The notes below the pieces were generated by a model. It was given only the letters and a program-made list of their open reading frames with translations. It was not told where the DNA came from and did no database searches. The position numbers and the translations under genes were made by a program. DNA of 63,403 nucleotides, the filler included, from Octopus bimaculoides (taxonomy: Eukaryota), in NCBI RefSeq assembly GCF_001194135.2. It is 4 parts of 3 records of this genome, joined end to end, with 100 filler letters (N's around TTAATTAATTAA, not from the genome) between each part and the next. Parts side by side here need not be neighbours in the genome. Positions count along the whole stretch, not along the records: positions 1 to 27,748 come from NC_068983.1; positions 27,849 to 48,211 come from NC_068984.1; 2 more parts are not named here. One strand, given 5' to 3'. Of the stretch, positions 22,313 to 35,345 are shown one piece after another (the first letter of the stretch is position 1; each line of letters opens with the position of its first letter).

Positions 22313-23595
22313 TTAGGTCGTCAAATATGAAATTTGTAGAAAAGAAAAAAGTTTGCTAATGTTTTATAAATACAAGGAATAGTTTTATTCATCAAATTAT
22401 GCATCCATATTGTCAATACACTTTTGCCATTTCAGCAGTAGCTTGTCCAGCCCGGAACTGTAAAAGCCTGGCAATCTAGAGTCAATAAAATCTTGGAAGG
22501 CCTGCTTTACAGCATCATTGGAATTAAATTTTTTTCCTATCAAAAAGTTATCCAAATTCTGGAAGAAGTGGTAGTCAGTGGGGGCAAGATCAGGTGAGTA
22601 TGGTGGATGATGGAAAACTTTCAATTCCAACTCCTGTAGTTTTGTCAGTGTCATTTTTGCAATATGTGGTCTGGCATTGTCTTGCAATAAAATAGGAGTG
22701 GATCTGTTGACCAATCTAGACTGTGTTTTTGTAAGTTTCTGCATCATTTGGTCCAGTTGGCTGCAGTATACTTCAGCCATGATTGATGAGCCAAGTTTAA
22801 TGAGATCATAATGGATCACACCTGTGCCAGACCATCAAACACACACCATCAGCTTCTTTTGATGAATTTTGCTTTTTGGACTTGTTTTGGTGGCTTGTCT
22901 TTGTCCAACCATTGTGCTGAACGTTTATGGTTGTTGTATTGGATCCATTTCTCATCACATCTTACAATTCAATTAAAAAATTGTTCATTTTTGTGACAAG
23001 AAAGTAGCATAATGCAAGGCTTCCAAACGTTGCTGTTTCTGATTTTTATTGAGTTCATGTGAAACCCACTTATCCAACTTTTTCACTTTACTGATTTGAA
23101 CTAGGTGAATTAATATTGTTTGCTTGCTAACACCAAACAACAATGATAATTCATGGACACTGAGATGGATCTGACTTAATGGTGGCTTTCAGTTCATCAT
23201 TATCCACCTTTGTTTCTGGTTGGCCGCGTTGCTCATTTGTGAGGCCAAAGTTACCAGAAGGAAAGTTTGCAAACGAATTTGATACTATCTGCCGTGTAAT
23301 AACATTAGAATGAAATACTCCATTAATATTCCGAACTGTCTGTAATGCTGTATTTCCAAGAAAGAACTCATATTTCAAAACTGTACAAATTTCCAATTTG
23401 TCCGTCTCTAAGCAAAAATAGCAAAAAGCAATTTATAAGTACTTTATAAAGCGCAAAATGAGTTAGAATAAAGAAATAGATGTGTCAGCTTTCTAATAAA
23501 AAATGAAGACTGTCAAAATATAATAATGGCACAAAATGAGCAGTTGTCAAAGTTTACCATATACCTTACTACAAATTTCATACTTGACAACCTAA
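22313..23595 (-). mobile_element. Full-length decayed mariner (DD34D), second family
   Basis: TIRs TTAGGT(C/T)GTCAA(A/G)TATGAAATTTGT at both ends with TA flanks; LQDNARPH..HPPYSPDLAPTDYHFF, spacing 34. Confidence 0.93.
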
Positions 23596-23937
23596 TACTC
23601 AAGAATTAACAGTAAAATAAAATTCATTTGCACAAATCAATCGAATGAAATCTATGCTTCAGAATGCTAGATTACATGAACAAAGTTAAGAGTTTTTTCT
23701 AAAATAGGTAACAAAGTTTAATCCTTTAGCACTCAAATTGGTTGTATCTGGCCCAAATAATCTTCCCTTTACATGTTGAAACTGGCTGTAATTGGCTTCT
23801 CTAAAAAGTCACTAAAATGATAGCTTTCAGATAATGTCTTTAGACTTTCCTGCTCAAATACAAGTATGAAATTTTTGAGACCATATGGTTATTTTTCAAT
23901 GTTTGAAGTAAAGGGTATTTATTAGTATTAACCTGCA

Positions 23938-24337
23938 TGGAGTGGCTGTGTGGTAAGTAGCTTGCTTACCAACCACATGGTTCCGGGTTCGTTCCCACTG
24001 CATGAAATCTTGGGCAAGTGTCTTCTACTATAGCCTCGGACTGACCAAAGCCTTGTGAGTGGATTTGGTAGACGGAAACTGAAAGAAGCCCGCCGAATAT
24101 ATATATATATGTGTGTGTGTGCATATGTTTGTGTGTCTGTGTTTGTCCCCCCAACATCGCTTGACAACTGATGCTGGTGTGTTTAGGTCCCTGTAACTTA
24201 GCGGTTCGGCAAAATAGACCGATAGAATAAGTACTAGGCATCCAAAGAATAAGTCCTGGGGTCGATTTGCTTAACTAAAGGCATTGCTCCAGCATGGCCG
24301 CAGTCAAATGGCTGAAACAAGTAAAAGAGTAAAGAGT
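23938..24337 (+). mobile_element. SINE family A, full length
   Basis: Co-linear with 6852-7262 and 30437-30836. Confidence 0.9.
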
Positions 24338-24339
24338 AT

Positions 24340-25450
24340 GGCATCAGAAAGTAACGATTCTGACTTTGATGGTTTTTACACTTGATTTTACAAAATGTAA
24401 AAGAAAACAAGTGATTTGTCTTCAGATGTATCCAATATAGATGTTTATTGGTGATGAAGAAGAGGATTTTGATAGTGAAAGTGAAGAAAATTTTCAGAAC
24501 AACTTTCAAAACATTACAGCAACATAGTCAAAAATTACAACTCTAATTACAGTTCCAGATTTTGCAAAAAAGATTGGTCCACAACATGATTTACCTTTCA
24601 AAGCTCAACCCTTAGATTATTTATTTCTGTTTTTACCTGAAAGATCTTTTGGAAATAAGCAGATATGCCCAATGAATCATTTCTATTTATGGAAGACCTG
24701 ATCCATTATGGCAACAAACTGTTACAGGAGAAATCCAAGCTCTTTGTACTATAAACATTATAATTGGTGTAAAGCGGGTTCTTAGATTGTGGAACCCAGA
24801 TATAAGAAATGGTAACCCTTCTATATATAGCATCGTTCCCAAAACTGGGTATTTGAAGTTAACTTAATATTTACATTTGATTGATTCTTCTAATGCCCCC
24901 AGCAGGAATGAACCCAACTATGACCCTCTATATAATGTGTATCCAATAATTGATTTACTCTCTGAAAAGTATAAAACCATATATCTGCTGAGAAAAGAAA
25001 TCTCAGTGCTGATGAAGCCATGGTAGGGTAGCTTATATTTTTGGCAATAGATGCCTGCTAAATCCACTAAATGGGGCATCATTGTATGGGAGGTCTGTGA
25101 GGTGGATACAGGTTATTGTGCTAATTTTGATATACATATATATATAATGAAAATGGTGGAAGTACATTTTGTGGGTTTTAGCCAATTTAACTATTTTCAA
25201 ATTGACAATATATTTCAGTTATGTGAAAGCTTTTTTTCTAGAAAGCACAAAGCTGAGAGGAAAAGTAAAGTTAACTGAGGTGAAGAAAATCTTGATTTCC
25301 ATAAAACTATGTAGGTGGTGTTCGTTGCAAAAGAGAAAAACTACTAAAAGGTATCAAACTGAAACATCATTTTTGTATTTGTCTTGTAAAGTGCCATTGT
25401 ATAAAGGGTGCTTTGGACAATTCCATGACAGATATACATAGCACGATTAT
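24340..25450 (+). pseudogene. Second piggyBac-like transposase remnant
   Basis: PLDYLFLF, DEAMV, MPAKSTKWGIIVWEVCEVDTGYCANF; C-terminal CRWCS..ETSF..SCKVPL..CFGQFH. Confidence 0.75.
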
Positions 25451-25824
25451 ATTTTCTAGTTAGATAGAAATAGTTATTATATATTCCTTTCATTTAATTA
25501 CAAATGTGCAAAAATGAGAAATACACATTAAATTTTCAGTATATTATACACCTGTATTTACTAGTGCCTCATCTGTTAATGAGCTTTTTTATGAGACACA
25601 TTCCTTTATGTAAATGTACTGGGATGATTGTATAAGAGTATACAATAGTATATTGATTAGTAAAAGAGTTTTATATTTTATTTTCAATGAAAACTTTGTT
25701 TTTGTATCTGGTTTGCAAGATTCTTTATGTGAATTCATGTGTTGAAACAAATTTTGTTGTCTGGGGAGAGTCATTGTGCCAATATTATTAACACATGCAC
25801 TGGTTCAATTCTAATCCTTTAGTA

Positions 25825-25974
25825 TTAGTCAGCTGGTTAAATGTCCAACTAATCAATTGTTTGTTTAATTTGGTTAAACAGTAAGTCATTTGTTTTGTTT
25901 TTGTTTGTTGAAGCCCTTTCATTGATACTTGCAATCTTTTTAATGACTTTTGACCTATTTAACCAATTGACTAA
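25825..25974. repeat. 150-bp MITE-like segment with 18-bp inverted ends
   Basis: TTAGTCAGCTGGTTAAAT versus ATTTAACCAATTGACTAA (2 mismatches); no TSD evident. Confidence 0.35.
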
Positions 25975-26049
25975 TTATAAATGAGTGCATGTGTTCATAT
26001 TATGGGTCTACCAAATGAACAAAAGGACCATTTTTATAATATTCTTCTG

Positions 26050-26797
26050 CAGGCTACCTCAAAGACAAATGACAGTGATCTCATTTTTGTGGCTGGGGAT
26101 TTCAATGGGCATGTTGGGCAGCAGTTTTATGGAGTTTTATGATGCAAATAACTTATTGATCTGCAATACCAACTTCAGGAAACCAGAAAACCAATTGGGT
26201 GACTATGCTAGCCAGATCGATTATGTTCTCACCAGACAGGATGATACCTGGTTGCTCGTAAATACAAAGACCTTTCCTAGTGAAGAATGTACTCTTAGCA
26301 TAGACTAGTCATTAGTGACTTTAAATCTTCAGGCCAGAAGGATGCCAAGAGCTGGCCAATCTGGAAAAGAAGGATTTGGAAGCTTAAGGACCCTTTATAT
26401 GGTCAGAGATTTAGGGACACCCTAATTGAGAAATTTGATGAGCAGGAGGAGGAACTATAGACTTGTAACATAGAGAGCAACTGGGAATTCCTGCAAGAGT
26501 GCTACAGACCAAATCTGCAGTTAGTGCAAAGTCCCATCTAGACCTAGGGTGACATGGTGGTAGCATTACGTGGGACATTCTGCTAAAGAAATGCTACCAT
26601 GCTGGTACCACATAAAAAGCACACAGTATACTCTGTAAAGTGGATGACATTATGAAGGGCATCCAACCATGGAAACCATGCCAAAGCAGACATTAGAGAC
26701 TGGCACAGTTTTCTGTCTAACCAGCTCCTGTCAAACTATCCAATCTATGCTAACATGGAAAACTAACGTTAAATGATGATGATGATGATGATGATGA
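26050..26797 (+). mobile_element. Internally deleted RTE (AP endonuclease fused to 3' UTR)
   Basis: VAGDFNGHVG, NNLLICNT.F.K, SQIDYVL, P.EEC; then a degenerate GAAGGGCATCCA.. UTR and (GAT)n tail. Confidence 0.8.
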
Positions 26798-27504
26798 CTT
26801 CAATTGAGGATCAACAAATTACATAATAATGAAACCATACTTATGCAATAACTTTCTTAACATAACCATCTCCATAATAAAACAAAAACAAAAAACGCCA
26901 AAAAGCAAAAAACAACATTCAGCAGAAACAATAATCAGTAATGATATACAGCAATAGATTCAAAAAGAAACATTCATCCAGGTACATATATTTCTTTTAT
27001 TTTTAAGTTCATTAACTTTTTGATAATATCAGTTTTAGCATTTTCTTACACATTTACATCCATTAATATTTACAGATGATGAATAAATATTTATTCAGTA
27101 ACACAAAGAACAAACAATACAGATCCATCACAACTGCTATAAATACACCAGGTTTTCAGAGCATAATTTGTAAGATTTTTCTGTGAGATAAATGTACCTG
27201 ATGGACTCACTAAATTGTCAGGAATAACCGAGGGATTATACAATAATTGAAGAAAACCCTTGCATAACATGTAATAGTTGCAGTAACAATATACACAAGA
27301 AATATATTCAGTAATAATTCCAGTGTACTTTAATAATTCATATAGTATTCCTTTCAGTAGCAGCCAAATCTCCCTTAAAGCACATCTAAAGAGTGAAACA
27401 TACTATCCTTCTGCATGACATATGTATACTTGAACTGGCAGTTCATGGAGTCTATTTTCTGTACAGCTATCTACTACCTCTTGCTTTGTATGTATATATA
27501 TATA

Positions 27505-27748
27505 TCATCATCGTCGTTTAACGTCCGCTTTCCATGCTAGCATGGGTTGGACGATTTGACTGAGGACTGGTGAAACCAGATGGCTACACCAGGCTCCAAT
27601 CTGATTTGGCAGAATTTCTACAGCTGGATGCCCTTCCTAACGCCAACCACTCCGAGAGTGTAGTAGGTGCTTTTACGTGCCACCGGGACGAAGGCCAGTC
27701 AGGCGGTACTGGCAACGGCCACGCTCAAAATGGTGTATTTTATGTGCC
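27505..27748 (-). mobile_element. RTE 3' UTR copy
   Basis: Near-identical to 4597-4850 and 19003-19245. Confidence 0.9.
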
Positions 27749-27792
27749 NNNNNNNNNNNNNNNNNNNNNNNNNNNNNNNNNNNNNNNNNNNN

Positions 27793-27804
27793 TTAATTAA
27801 TTAA
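27793..27804. other. Assembly linker TTAATTAATTAA inside N-gaps (also 48256-48267 and 56622-56633)
   Basis: An identical 12-mer with stops in all six frames is isolated between N runs three times. Confidence 0.9.
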
Positions 27805-27879
27805 NNNNNNNNNNNNNNNNNNNNNNNNNNNNNNNNNNNNNNNNNNNNAGATATAAATCATTTACATAATCTATATGAG

Positions 27880-28960
27880 ATCCAAAACCTTTTGCATACT
27901 CTATATGAGATCTAAATCATTTACATGCTCGAATCAAGTGGTCCTAGTTCATTTTGGACATTACTCTGACAATGGCAGCTTTCAAAGAACCTTTGGTGTT
28001 ATGGGCGTGTTCATTGATCTCTCCCTCAACCACGCTCCACATGAAATAGTCCAAACGTTTGAGATCTAGGGAGTTAGGAGGCCAAATGTTAGGGGTTATG
28101 TAACTATGAAAATTTTCACCCAACCATTCCTGTTTTACTAGAGCCACGTCTGATAGAGAAGAGTCTTACTGAATCACATATGGCCTTCCATTACATACAC
28201 TGTCTATCCAGGGCTTAACAATTATTTCCAGGACATCAATGTAAGTGGCAGGGTTAACTCCAAGGCCTTGTGGAAAGAAGTATGGAAGCATCACATGTTC
28301 TTCATTGATGACAACCCCTAAAACCATGTGAGTTACAGGAAACTTTGTATGCATAACACTTGGAACTTCAGAAGGATCTGCGCATAACCATCTGTCATTT
28401 CTTCTGTTAACTTTTTGATCTTATTTGAAGGTTTTCTTGTTAGAGAAAAAAAACAAATCAAATCTTCTTTTACTGGATTTTCCAGCTTCTTCAAGAACCT
28501 TTTAGATCTGATGTCGTGATTTTCTTTAGCTTTCTCTGACAAATTGACCTTTCCTCATCATATAAAATTTATATCTGATGTCTTCGTGGATAACATATCT
28601 GACTGTTCCTTCTGACACATGGAGATCATTTGCAATTGGCCTTATGAACTTTCTGGGATAGTAATCAATGGTTTGTTGAACATGCTGAATAAATTCAAGT
28701 GTACTGATGATTTCAGAGCGTTTAGAATGCTTTTTATGCTTTGATACTGGTGATACGTTTTCATCTTCAGTCTCTAACTCCTTAAAAACTTTGTAGACGA
28801 AAGATCTGACAACTTTTAAAAATCGAGATATTTCTAAATCGCTATTCTTTATAACCACAATAACAGCATACCTTTTCATTTCATTTCTTGAGTAAGCTGA
28901 GCGTCTGCCATTGTTATTTTCTGAAACCTCATTCACGGCGTCTCTCGTAAATTCGCGTAA
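27880..28960 (-). mobile_element. Tc1/mariner DD37D (maT-like) transposon remnant
   Basis: MVLGVVINEEHVMLPYFF..IQ*DS..WPPNSLDLKRLDYFMW; 37 residues between the last two D. Confidence 0.85.
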
Positions 28961-29059
28961 ATACAACAATGAATCAAGGAATCAAGGAATCTTGAGGGGT
29001 ATCTTCTGTATGTTTGTCTCCCTTGAATTTTTGGGGGAGCAGATCTTTTTTTTTTTTGT

Positions 29060-30050
29060 CATCAGTTTGTTTGTATTATTTTGTTTTTGTTCTGAGTATG
29101 GTGTTCTGATATTTGACTGCGATGTTGCAAGTTTTTTTTTTAAATTTGTCTCCGAATGGCGCCAGTTGTGTGTATCTTTCCTTCAATGAGTTGCCCGTCA
29201 TTCCGGTATGCGCCTTTGCCATTCCGTTGCCCGTGTATACGAGTTCTTTCTCAAGACAGTTGCTTGGAGAGCAACGGTCTGGAGATCTACAGTCGTATTG
29301 TCTTTCGGATGTGTTTCTGGTGTGTTTAGGTAGATTATGATTGAGTATTATTGACCCTATAATTGGGAGGCAAATATAGCTAACTTTAACAGTAATGCTG
29401 TTGAAGGTCTTGTGCTATTTGTGTGAATGTGGAAAGTAGTTGTCTATTAGTTTCAAGAATTTCCTCACTATATTAGTGGCTACATTCATGCAATAAGTTC
29501 GGTTCAACCATAATATTTCTTCTGTCTGCGTTTTTTGGTCTATTTATATTTGGTTCAATGTAGTGTATGCTATTGTTGAAGTTGGACTTTTATAATGCAG
29601 CATTATAAAATGGGGCGGCTTTTTCGAAAGTGTCAAAATCGACGGATAAGTTGGAGACAAGCCTGATGATGTTGTTAACTATTTGTTTAATTACAGCTGG
29701 TGGATGGTTGGAAAAATGCTTCCCCGTTTCGTTTGTGGTAGGGTTTAAATTTCCCTGTGTTAAGACTGATATTGATGTCTAAAAAGTTTGTTTCCTTAAA
29801 GTTTGTACTAATTGTGGTTCTTAAGCCTAATTGGCTAAATAAATGCATACGTTTTTCCTTATTCTATCCATATCATGTCCACTTTTATTGTGTACTCATT
29901 CAAGGCCATACGTCCTATACAAACTAATGTCGGCTTCTGTTATTTCTTTTTTATAAGTAACAAGGATACAAAAGGCCTACATGGTCAAGCTATCTCTGCA
30001 CCGTCATAGCTCCTCTTTGCCAGGTCAAATAACTAGACTCCATTTTGTTT
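29060..30050 (-). mobile_element. Penelope-like element 3' part: RT C-terminus, Cys linker, GIY-YIG endonuclease
   Basis: TNFLDINISL..KPYHK; WLN..NVATNIVRKFLKLID..FP..KVSY; YDCRSPDRC..NCLEKELVY..HTGMTGNSLKERY. Confidence 0.85.
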
Positions 30051-30436
30051 TTACTCAGTAGGAATTATCATGAAAGATTAATGACTTGCTTGCATTCATG
30101 ATTATATCTATATCAGTATTTATTATAGAGACATATATTTTACTAAATTCAAGTCCCTTCTGAAGCAAGATTTTGGAGATAGAGTGGTATAACTCTACGG
30201 TATATGAATTGTATGAATTTGCATTTGGATGTATCTTCTATTTTTTTAAACCATTCATTAGCTGCACTACTGCATATCCATTGGATACGATTTGAGTGTG
30301 CTCTAATATGTTGTATAATATAATCTAACAATACACACGCACAGACACACACACATATATCTATCTATCTATATATTCATATGTACGTACATTTATGAAT
30401 ATGTCAGTGTGTGCGTATGGGTCTGTGTATATACAT

Positions 30437-30836
30437 TACTCTTTTACTCTTTTACTTGTTTCAGACAGTTGACTGCGGCCATGCTGGAGCACCGCCTTTA
30501 GTCGCGCAAATCGACCCCAGTACTTATTCTTTGTAAGCCTAGTACTTATTCTATTGGTCACTTTTGCCGAACCGCTAAGTTACGGGGACGTAAACACACC
30601 AGCATCGGTTGTCAAGCGATGTTGGGGGGACATACACAGACACACAAACACACACACATATATGTACATATACATATATACGACGGGATTCTTTCAGTTT
30701 CCGTCTACCAAATCCACTCACAAGGCTTTGGTCGGCCCGAGTCTATAGTAGAAGACACTCGCCCAAGGTGCCACGCAGTGGGACTGAACCCGGAACCATG
30801 TGGCTGGTAAGCAAGCTACTTACCACACAGCCACTC
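30437..30836 (-). mobile_element. SINE family A, full length, CpG-rich copy
   Basis: Co-linear with other copies; retains CpGs lost in the 57.5-kb copy. Confidence 0.92.
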
Positions 30837-32898
30837 AATATTAATATATATAATATTATGTTCTCATATCAACCACCTTACTGATCAGTAAAAGATAAAA
30901 TAGAAAGAAACAAGTTACGTTAACCTGGACGAGGTCCACAAAAGCTCAACCAGCTCTGCGGAGCAGTGTCCACTGTATAAAATGCAGAAATGATAAACAG
31001 AAGGATCTGCATATTTGTGGACCAGAGTCTTGTGTGGACCAGTCTTTGTGGACCAGAGTCTTCGCTGCAGGTATTTCGTTGACATTTTGGAGGTTGAGCA
31101 TACATTATCTTCCTGCTTAGTAGAAAAACAGCATCAGCTGTAGGAACAGTGTCTCATTCTGAATTTCTGTTCAACTACATGAAAGGTCAGTAATTGTCTG
31201 GGACTGTAATATATATCGCCCCCGAACAATACGGTTAGTCGTTTTGATGTCATTTTTGCATCTATTTATCATCCTTTGAATCATTATTTTGGCTTGGTAT
31301 GTTTTGTGTTTCTGTTTAACTTTGATATTTCATTGATATTTTATCCGGATGAATATTCTACACATTTGCTCCATTCGACATTGTCAGTTTATGATTAATT
31401 CATGAATATCAGAAACATTAAACCTCAGTGTGTATATCTACTATGTACATTTATAATATCATTTTCGAGCTAATACTCATGTTTTTGTGGATCTTCATAC
31501 TTAAGTAATTTTAAAGATTTCATATTTAAAACGTAAATACTGAAGTAAATTATGCAATGCCTAGTCTGATATCTTAACAGTATACTTGGCTGAACACAGC
31601 ATTTAAAATATCCCTCCAAGAAATGTAGTTAAATGGCCGCTTTTATGATTAAACAAAAATTTATATCGATTTTTATTATAACTGCAAGCTATAGAAATCA
31701 AATTTCTAGATGTTCTGTATCCTTATATATAAGGATTACATGTAGCATTTTTTTTTTACTTATATATTCCAACATAATTCATTCAATCATTTTCTTTTCT
31801 GTTATATTTTATTAAAATATATGCAGTATAATTGCTCTAGAAACGAAGAAAACAATCCTTTAAAATTCTCTTGCATTTAGATCACCAACAAAATGTCAGA
31901 CAAACACCAGCTTTTACAAAATGACATTCATATTGTATATTTACATTTGCGATATTACTGAACATTTTCAAAGTAATTAATGGAATATCCAATAACATTC
32001 TGAAATAACAGTAATGGGTAGCGGGAAAATAACATTGTAATTTTCCATTGGGTATTTATTACATATGTATTATTACCCATCGAAAGCGGATCTAGAAATA
32101 AAAACCAAATTTCCTTTGACCTGCACGCTACCAATTTAAAAACAGAGCAACACACTAAATAATGTACACTGGAATCTGATAGAAAAATACGGTATGACAG
32201 TTGTATTTCAGCTTAATTTTGCAATAATAATTATGAATCTGAAGAGAGAACATTTGAAAGATAAAACTAATGATCATTTAGCAACGGCAAAATCAAAGAA
32301 AAACAAAAGAGGGCAAACCTTCGAAATCTAACGGAAAAGGACACGAAAATCAATGTAACCAACTTAAAACAGTATATATTGGAGGTAATATATTTTAGTT
32401 GATTAAATTTACTGTATTTGTAAAATATAGGGAAGCTAGCTAGAAATTTCATAAGAGCTGTAATTAAATTAAATTGAATGAGAAATTAATCTGTCGCTAT
32501 TTTGTATGGTGACAACACTGGACTTGCTCCCATAGTATTGGAGCTCCTCAACAAAGCATATATAAAGTCATGTAGTATATACATTAATTTTGGCTTTATT
32601 AAGTTTAGAAATAGATTGGGAAAACGAAATTAGCAACGTAAAAAGCATTTGAAATTAAGCAGATCATAAAATAAACGGTCCCAAAAGAGAAATTTAGAAG
32701 AAAGGAAAATATACTGTAGATATGTTATATTACATGCATCCAAACAAAAAGATGTCTTAAGACAGCAAACATTCCCTCAATACACACAAGAGAAAAAAGC
32801 TAGGTCAGTTCCTCCTCAACTTTTTGCGAACTCTTAAATATATTTCCTGGGTATATATATACATATTTTACCAAATCCTTTTTGTTATAAAAATGTTG

Positions 32899-33262
32899 TA
32901 AACTGTTTCAAACATATTCTTATTATTATTATGAAAGAGTGTATATATGTATTTTGATACTTAAACTGTTTCTAACATTTTCTATTATTATCAAAGAATA
33001 TGTATATGTATTTTTCCATATATGTATTTTCATACTTACACTGTTTTTAACATTTTCGTCTTATTATCAGAGAACGTATATATGTATTTCAATACCTTTG
33101 TAATAATCAGTATGTAACACTACAAAGCTCATACAAAGCTTCATACTTTAAATATATTCCTCTTATTATCATCAAAGAATGTATCTATGCATTTTAATGC
33201 TCAAACTGTTTTTTAACATTTTCTATTATTCTCAAAGACCTAATACTACAAAGCTTTATATT
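32899..33262. repeat. Degenerate AT-rich minisatellite (~55-75-bp units)
   Basis: AAACTGTTT.TAACATTTTC..TATTATCAAAGAA..TATATATGTATTT recurs about 5 times. Confidence 0.65.
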
Positions 33263-33343
33263 TTACTTTTGACAATCTTTTTCTAAAAAAAGTGAAACCG
33301 GTTAAGTGAATAAATATCTTAAAAATTACATTTTCAAACCTTC

Positions 33344-33379
<36 letters not shown>

Positions 33380-33930
33380 GTGTGTGTGTGTATGTATGTA
33401 TACATATATATATAGACATATAGTTATGTATGCATATGCATATACATATATATGTATGTATGCATATATGTGTATGTAGATGGGTGTGTGTGAGTTAAAT
33501 TCATTGGCGTATGTAACACTGTTTTTTACGTTACTAAGAACATCGACGAATATTCCCTATAAGACAAATGGGTGTTTATATTCCATCAAAGATATGAACA
33601 TCTATAACTACCTATAGAGTATTTAGAATTATTAAAAACGAGAGGAGGAAATCATTTCACTACTTCAATTTACAAGTGATAATCAATCTTGCATCATATT
33701 GGAATAATTCTTGCAACTATTGTATATATTTCCTATGTTATTTACATTTTCTTCCATAGCACTTGTTGAAACTGACACTTCAGAACTGAGAAAGGATATG
33801 CATGTTTCATTTTCTGCATTTCTGAAGTGTCATCTTCAAAATGTTTTATGAAGAACTACCAAATAGAACATGAAAATTAATATTTGCAGGAATTATTGCA
33901 TAACGATGGAAGAATAATAACACACATATA

Positions 33931-34770
33931 TTGGGCTGGCAAGAAAATAATTTTGTTTATCACAAATAGAGTTATACATTTTTGAATGATTTTTATGAAT
34001 GTTATGATTTTTCATTTTGACATTTGATAGCCGTTACTTTTAGCTTACTTTTAGCTAAATTTGTTTACAGCTGCTAGTTCAAGGTCAATTTCAAAAGGGA
34101 ATTCAAGAACGAAAATTTTCGTCATATGTTGCTTTTTGTATTTCCGTAAAGCAAGAAAGCTGCTAAGGCTCGCAAAGAGATATGTGAAGTTTAAAGTGTT
34201 GATTGCTTCGCAGAATGCATATGTCAAAAGTGGTTTCAAAATCCCGTTCTGGAAATTTTTCATGCAAAGATGACGAATGTTCTGGTCGACCTACTGAAAT
34301 TTATGATGACTGTCATACAACTGTGCGAGAGATTTCAGAGATGTTAAATGTATCACACACAACAATTGAAAATCATTTAGAATTTCTTGGACTCATTAAG
34401 AAGCTCGATATTTGGGTTCCACATCAATGCAAAGGGTTTCACTTAAAACAACGAATGAATATTTGTGATATGCATCTCAAACTGGATGGAATCGACCTTG
34501 CTTTGAAACGAATCATCATCACTGGTTTATGAAAAATGGATCGTCTACAATAACATCAATCGAAACCGATCATGATCCGAGCGTAGTGAACCAGCATAAA
34601 CAACATCGAAAGCTAAATTGCATAAAAAAGGTCATGCTTTCAATTTTGTGGGATTACAAATGTGTCTTGTATTTTGAGCTTCTTCCAAGGAACAAAACGA
34701 TCAATTTAGATATTTACTGTCAACATCTAATGCAGCTGATAGAATTAATCATTAAAAAAACCGAAATTAC
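33931..34770 (+). mobile_element. Mariner remnant (5' TIR to mid-transposase)
   Basis: TA-TTGGGCTGGC start; DDECSGRP, TTVREISEMLNVSHTTIENHL, KKLDIWVPH, KKVMLSILWDYK..FELLP. Confidence 0.85.
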
Positions 34771-34799
34771 GTTCTTTCCAAAGCAATGCATACATATAT

Positions 34800-35345
34800 G
34801 TTTTTCTCTGTTTCAGCCCAAAGTCTACAGACATGTCGGGTCGCTGCCAGCATCATTGGCTTTTCAATGGCAATTCTCATGCGGCTGGCTATTAGTGAAG
34901 AAGTAAGTTAATTCTGGCTGCTCTTCCTTGAGTTTCTAACTGTGATGTAGATTCATCGAGTAACTTGATCAGCAGTAAGTGAAGATGTTACTCGATAACA
35001 TCCCACCACCACATGTAGATATCTCAGCAAAATACTAAGTAGTTGTTGCTCTTTGAAGTCACAGCTATTGCAGTACCAGCTCCTCACATGAGATGGGAAG
35101 AATGATATTTTTAGAGCGGTACAGTGACATTCTGCTCACGAATAATTTAACTCCCGAAGTCAAAGTTTGGTTGCAGCCCTTCTAGGACCTTCCGTATGTA
35201 TACTATTTCATATTTCTCCTTTCTTCGTTCCAGAACGTAGGGTCAGGGTCATTCTTTCAGTTTTTCTATGTTGGTTACCTCTTTCCTCAATATAATCTCC
35301 TTGTAGTAACACTTCGGAAATGCTCTGAGTTACTCTATTAAATTA
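34800..35345 (-). mobile_element. CR1-clade LINE 3' fragment
   Basis: Minus: LERRKEKYEIVYIRKVLEGLQPNF..; tail GGCAGCGACCCGACATG..GGGCTGAAACAGAGAAAAA. Confidence 0.7.

Noticed and set aside
27793-27804. Recurrent TTAATTAATTAA motif (3 times)
   Set aside because: Always isolated between N runs; an assembly linker, not biology.
29663-29669. CTGATGA (also near 25010)
   Set aside because: Lies inside transposon coding remnants with no surrounding stems.
34817-34902. Apparent 86-bp exon (TTTCAG|..|GTAAGT) encoding a hydrophobic peptide QSLQTCRVAASIIGFSMAILMRLAISEE
   Set aside because: It is the antisense of a CR1 3' end; the acceptor is the reverse complement of the LINE tail.
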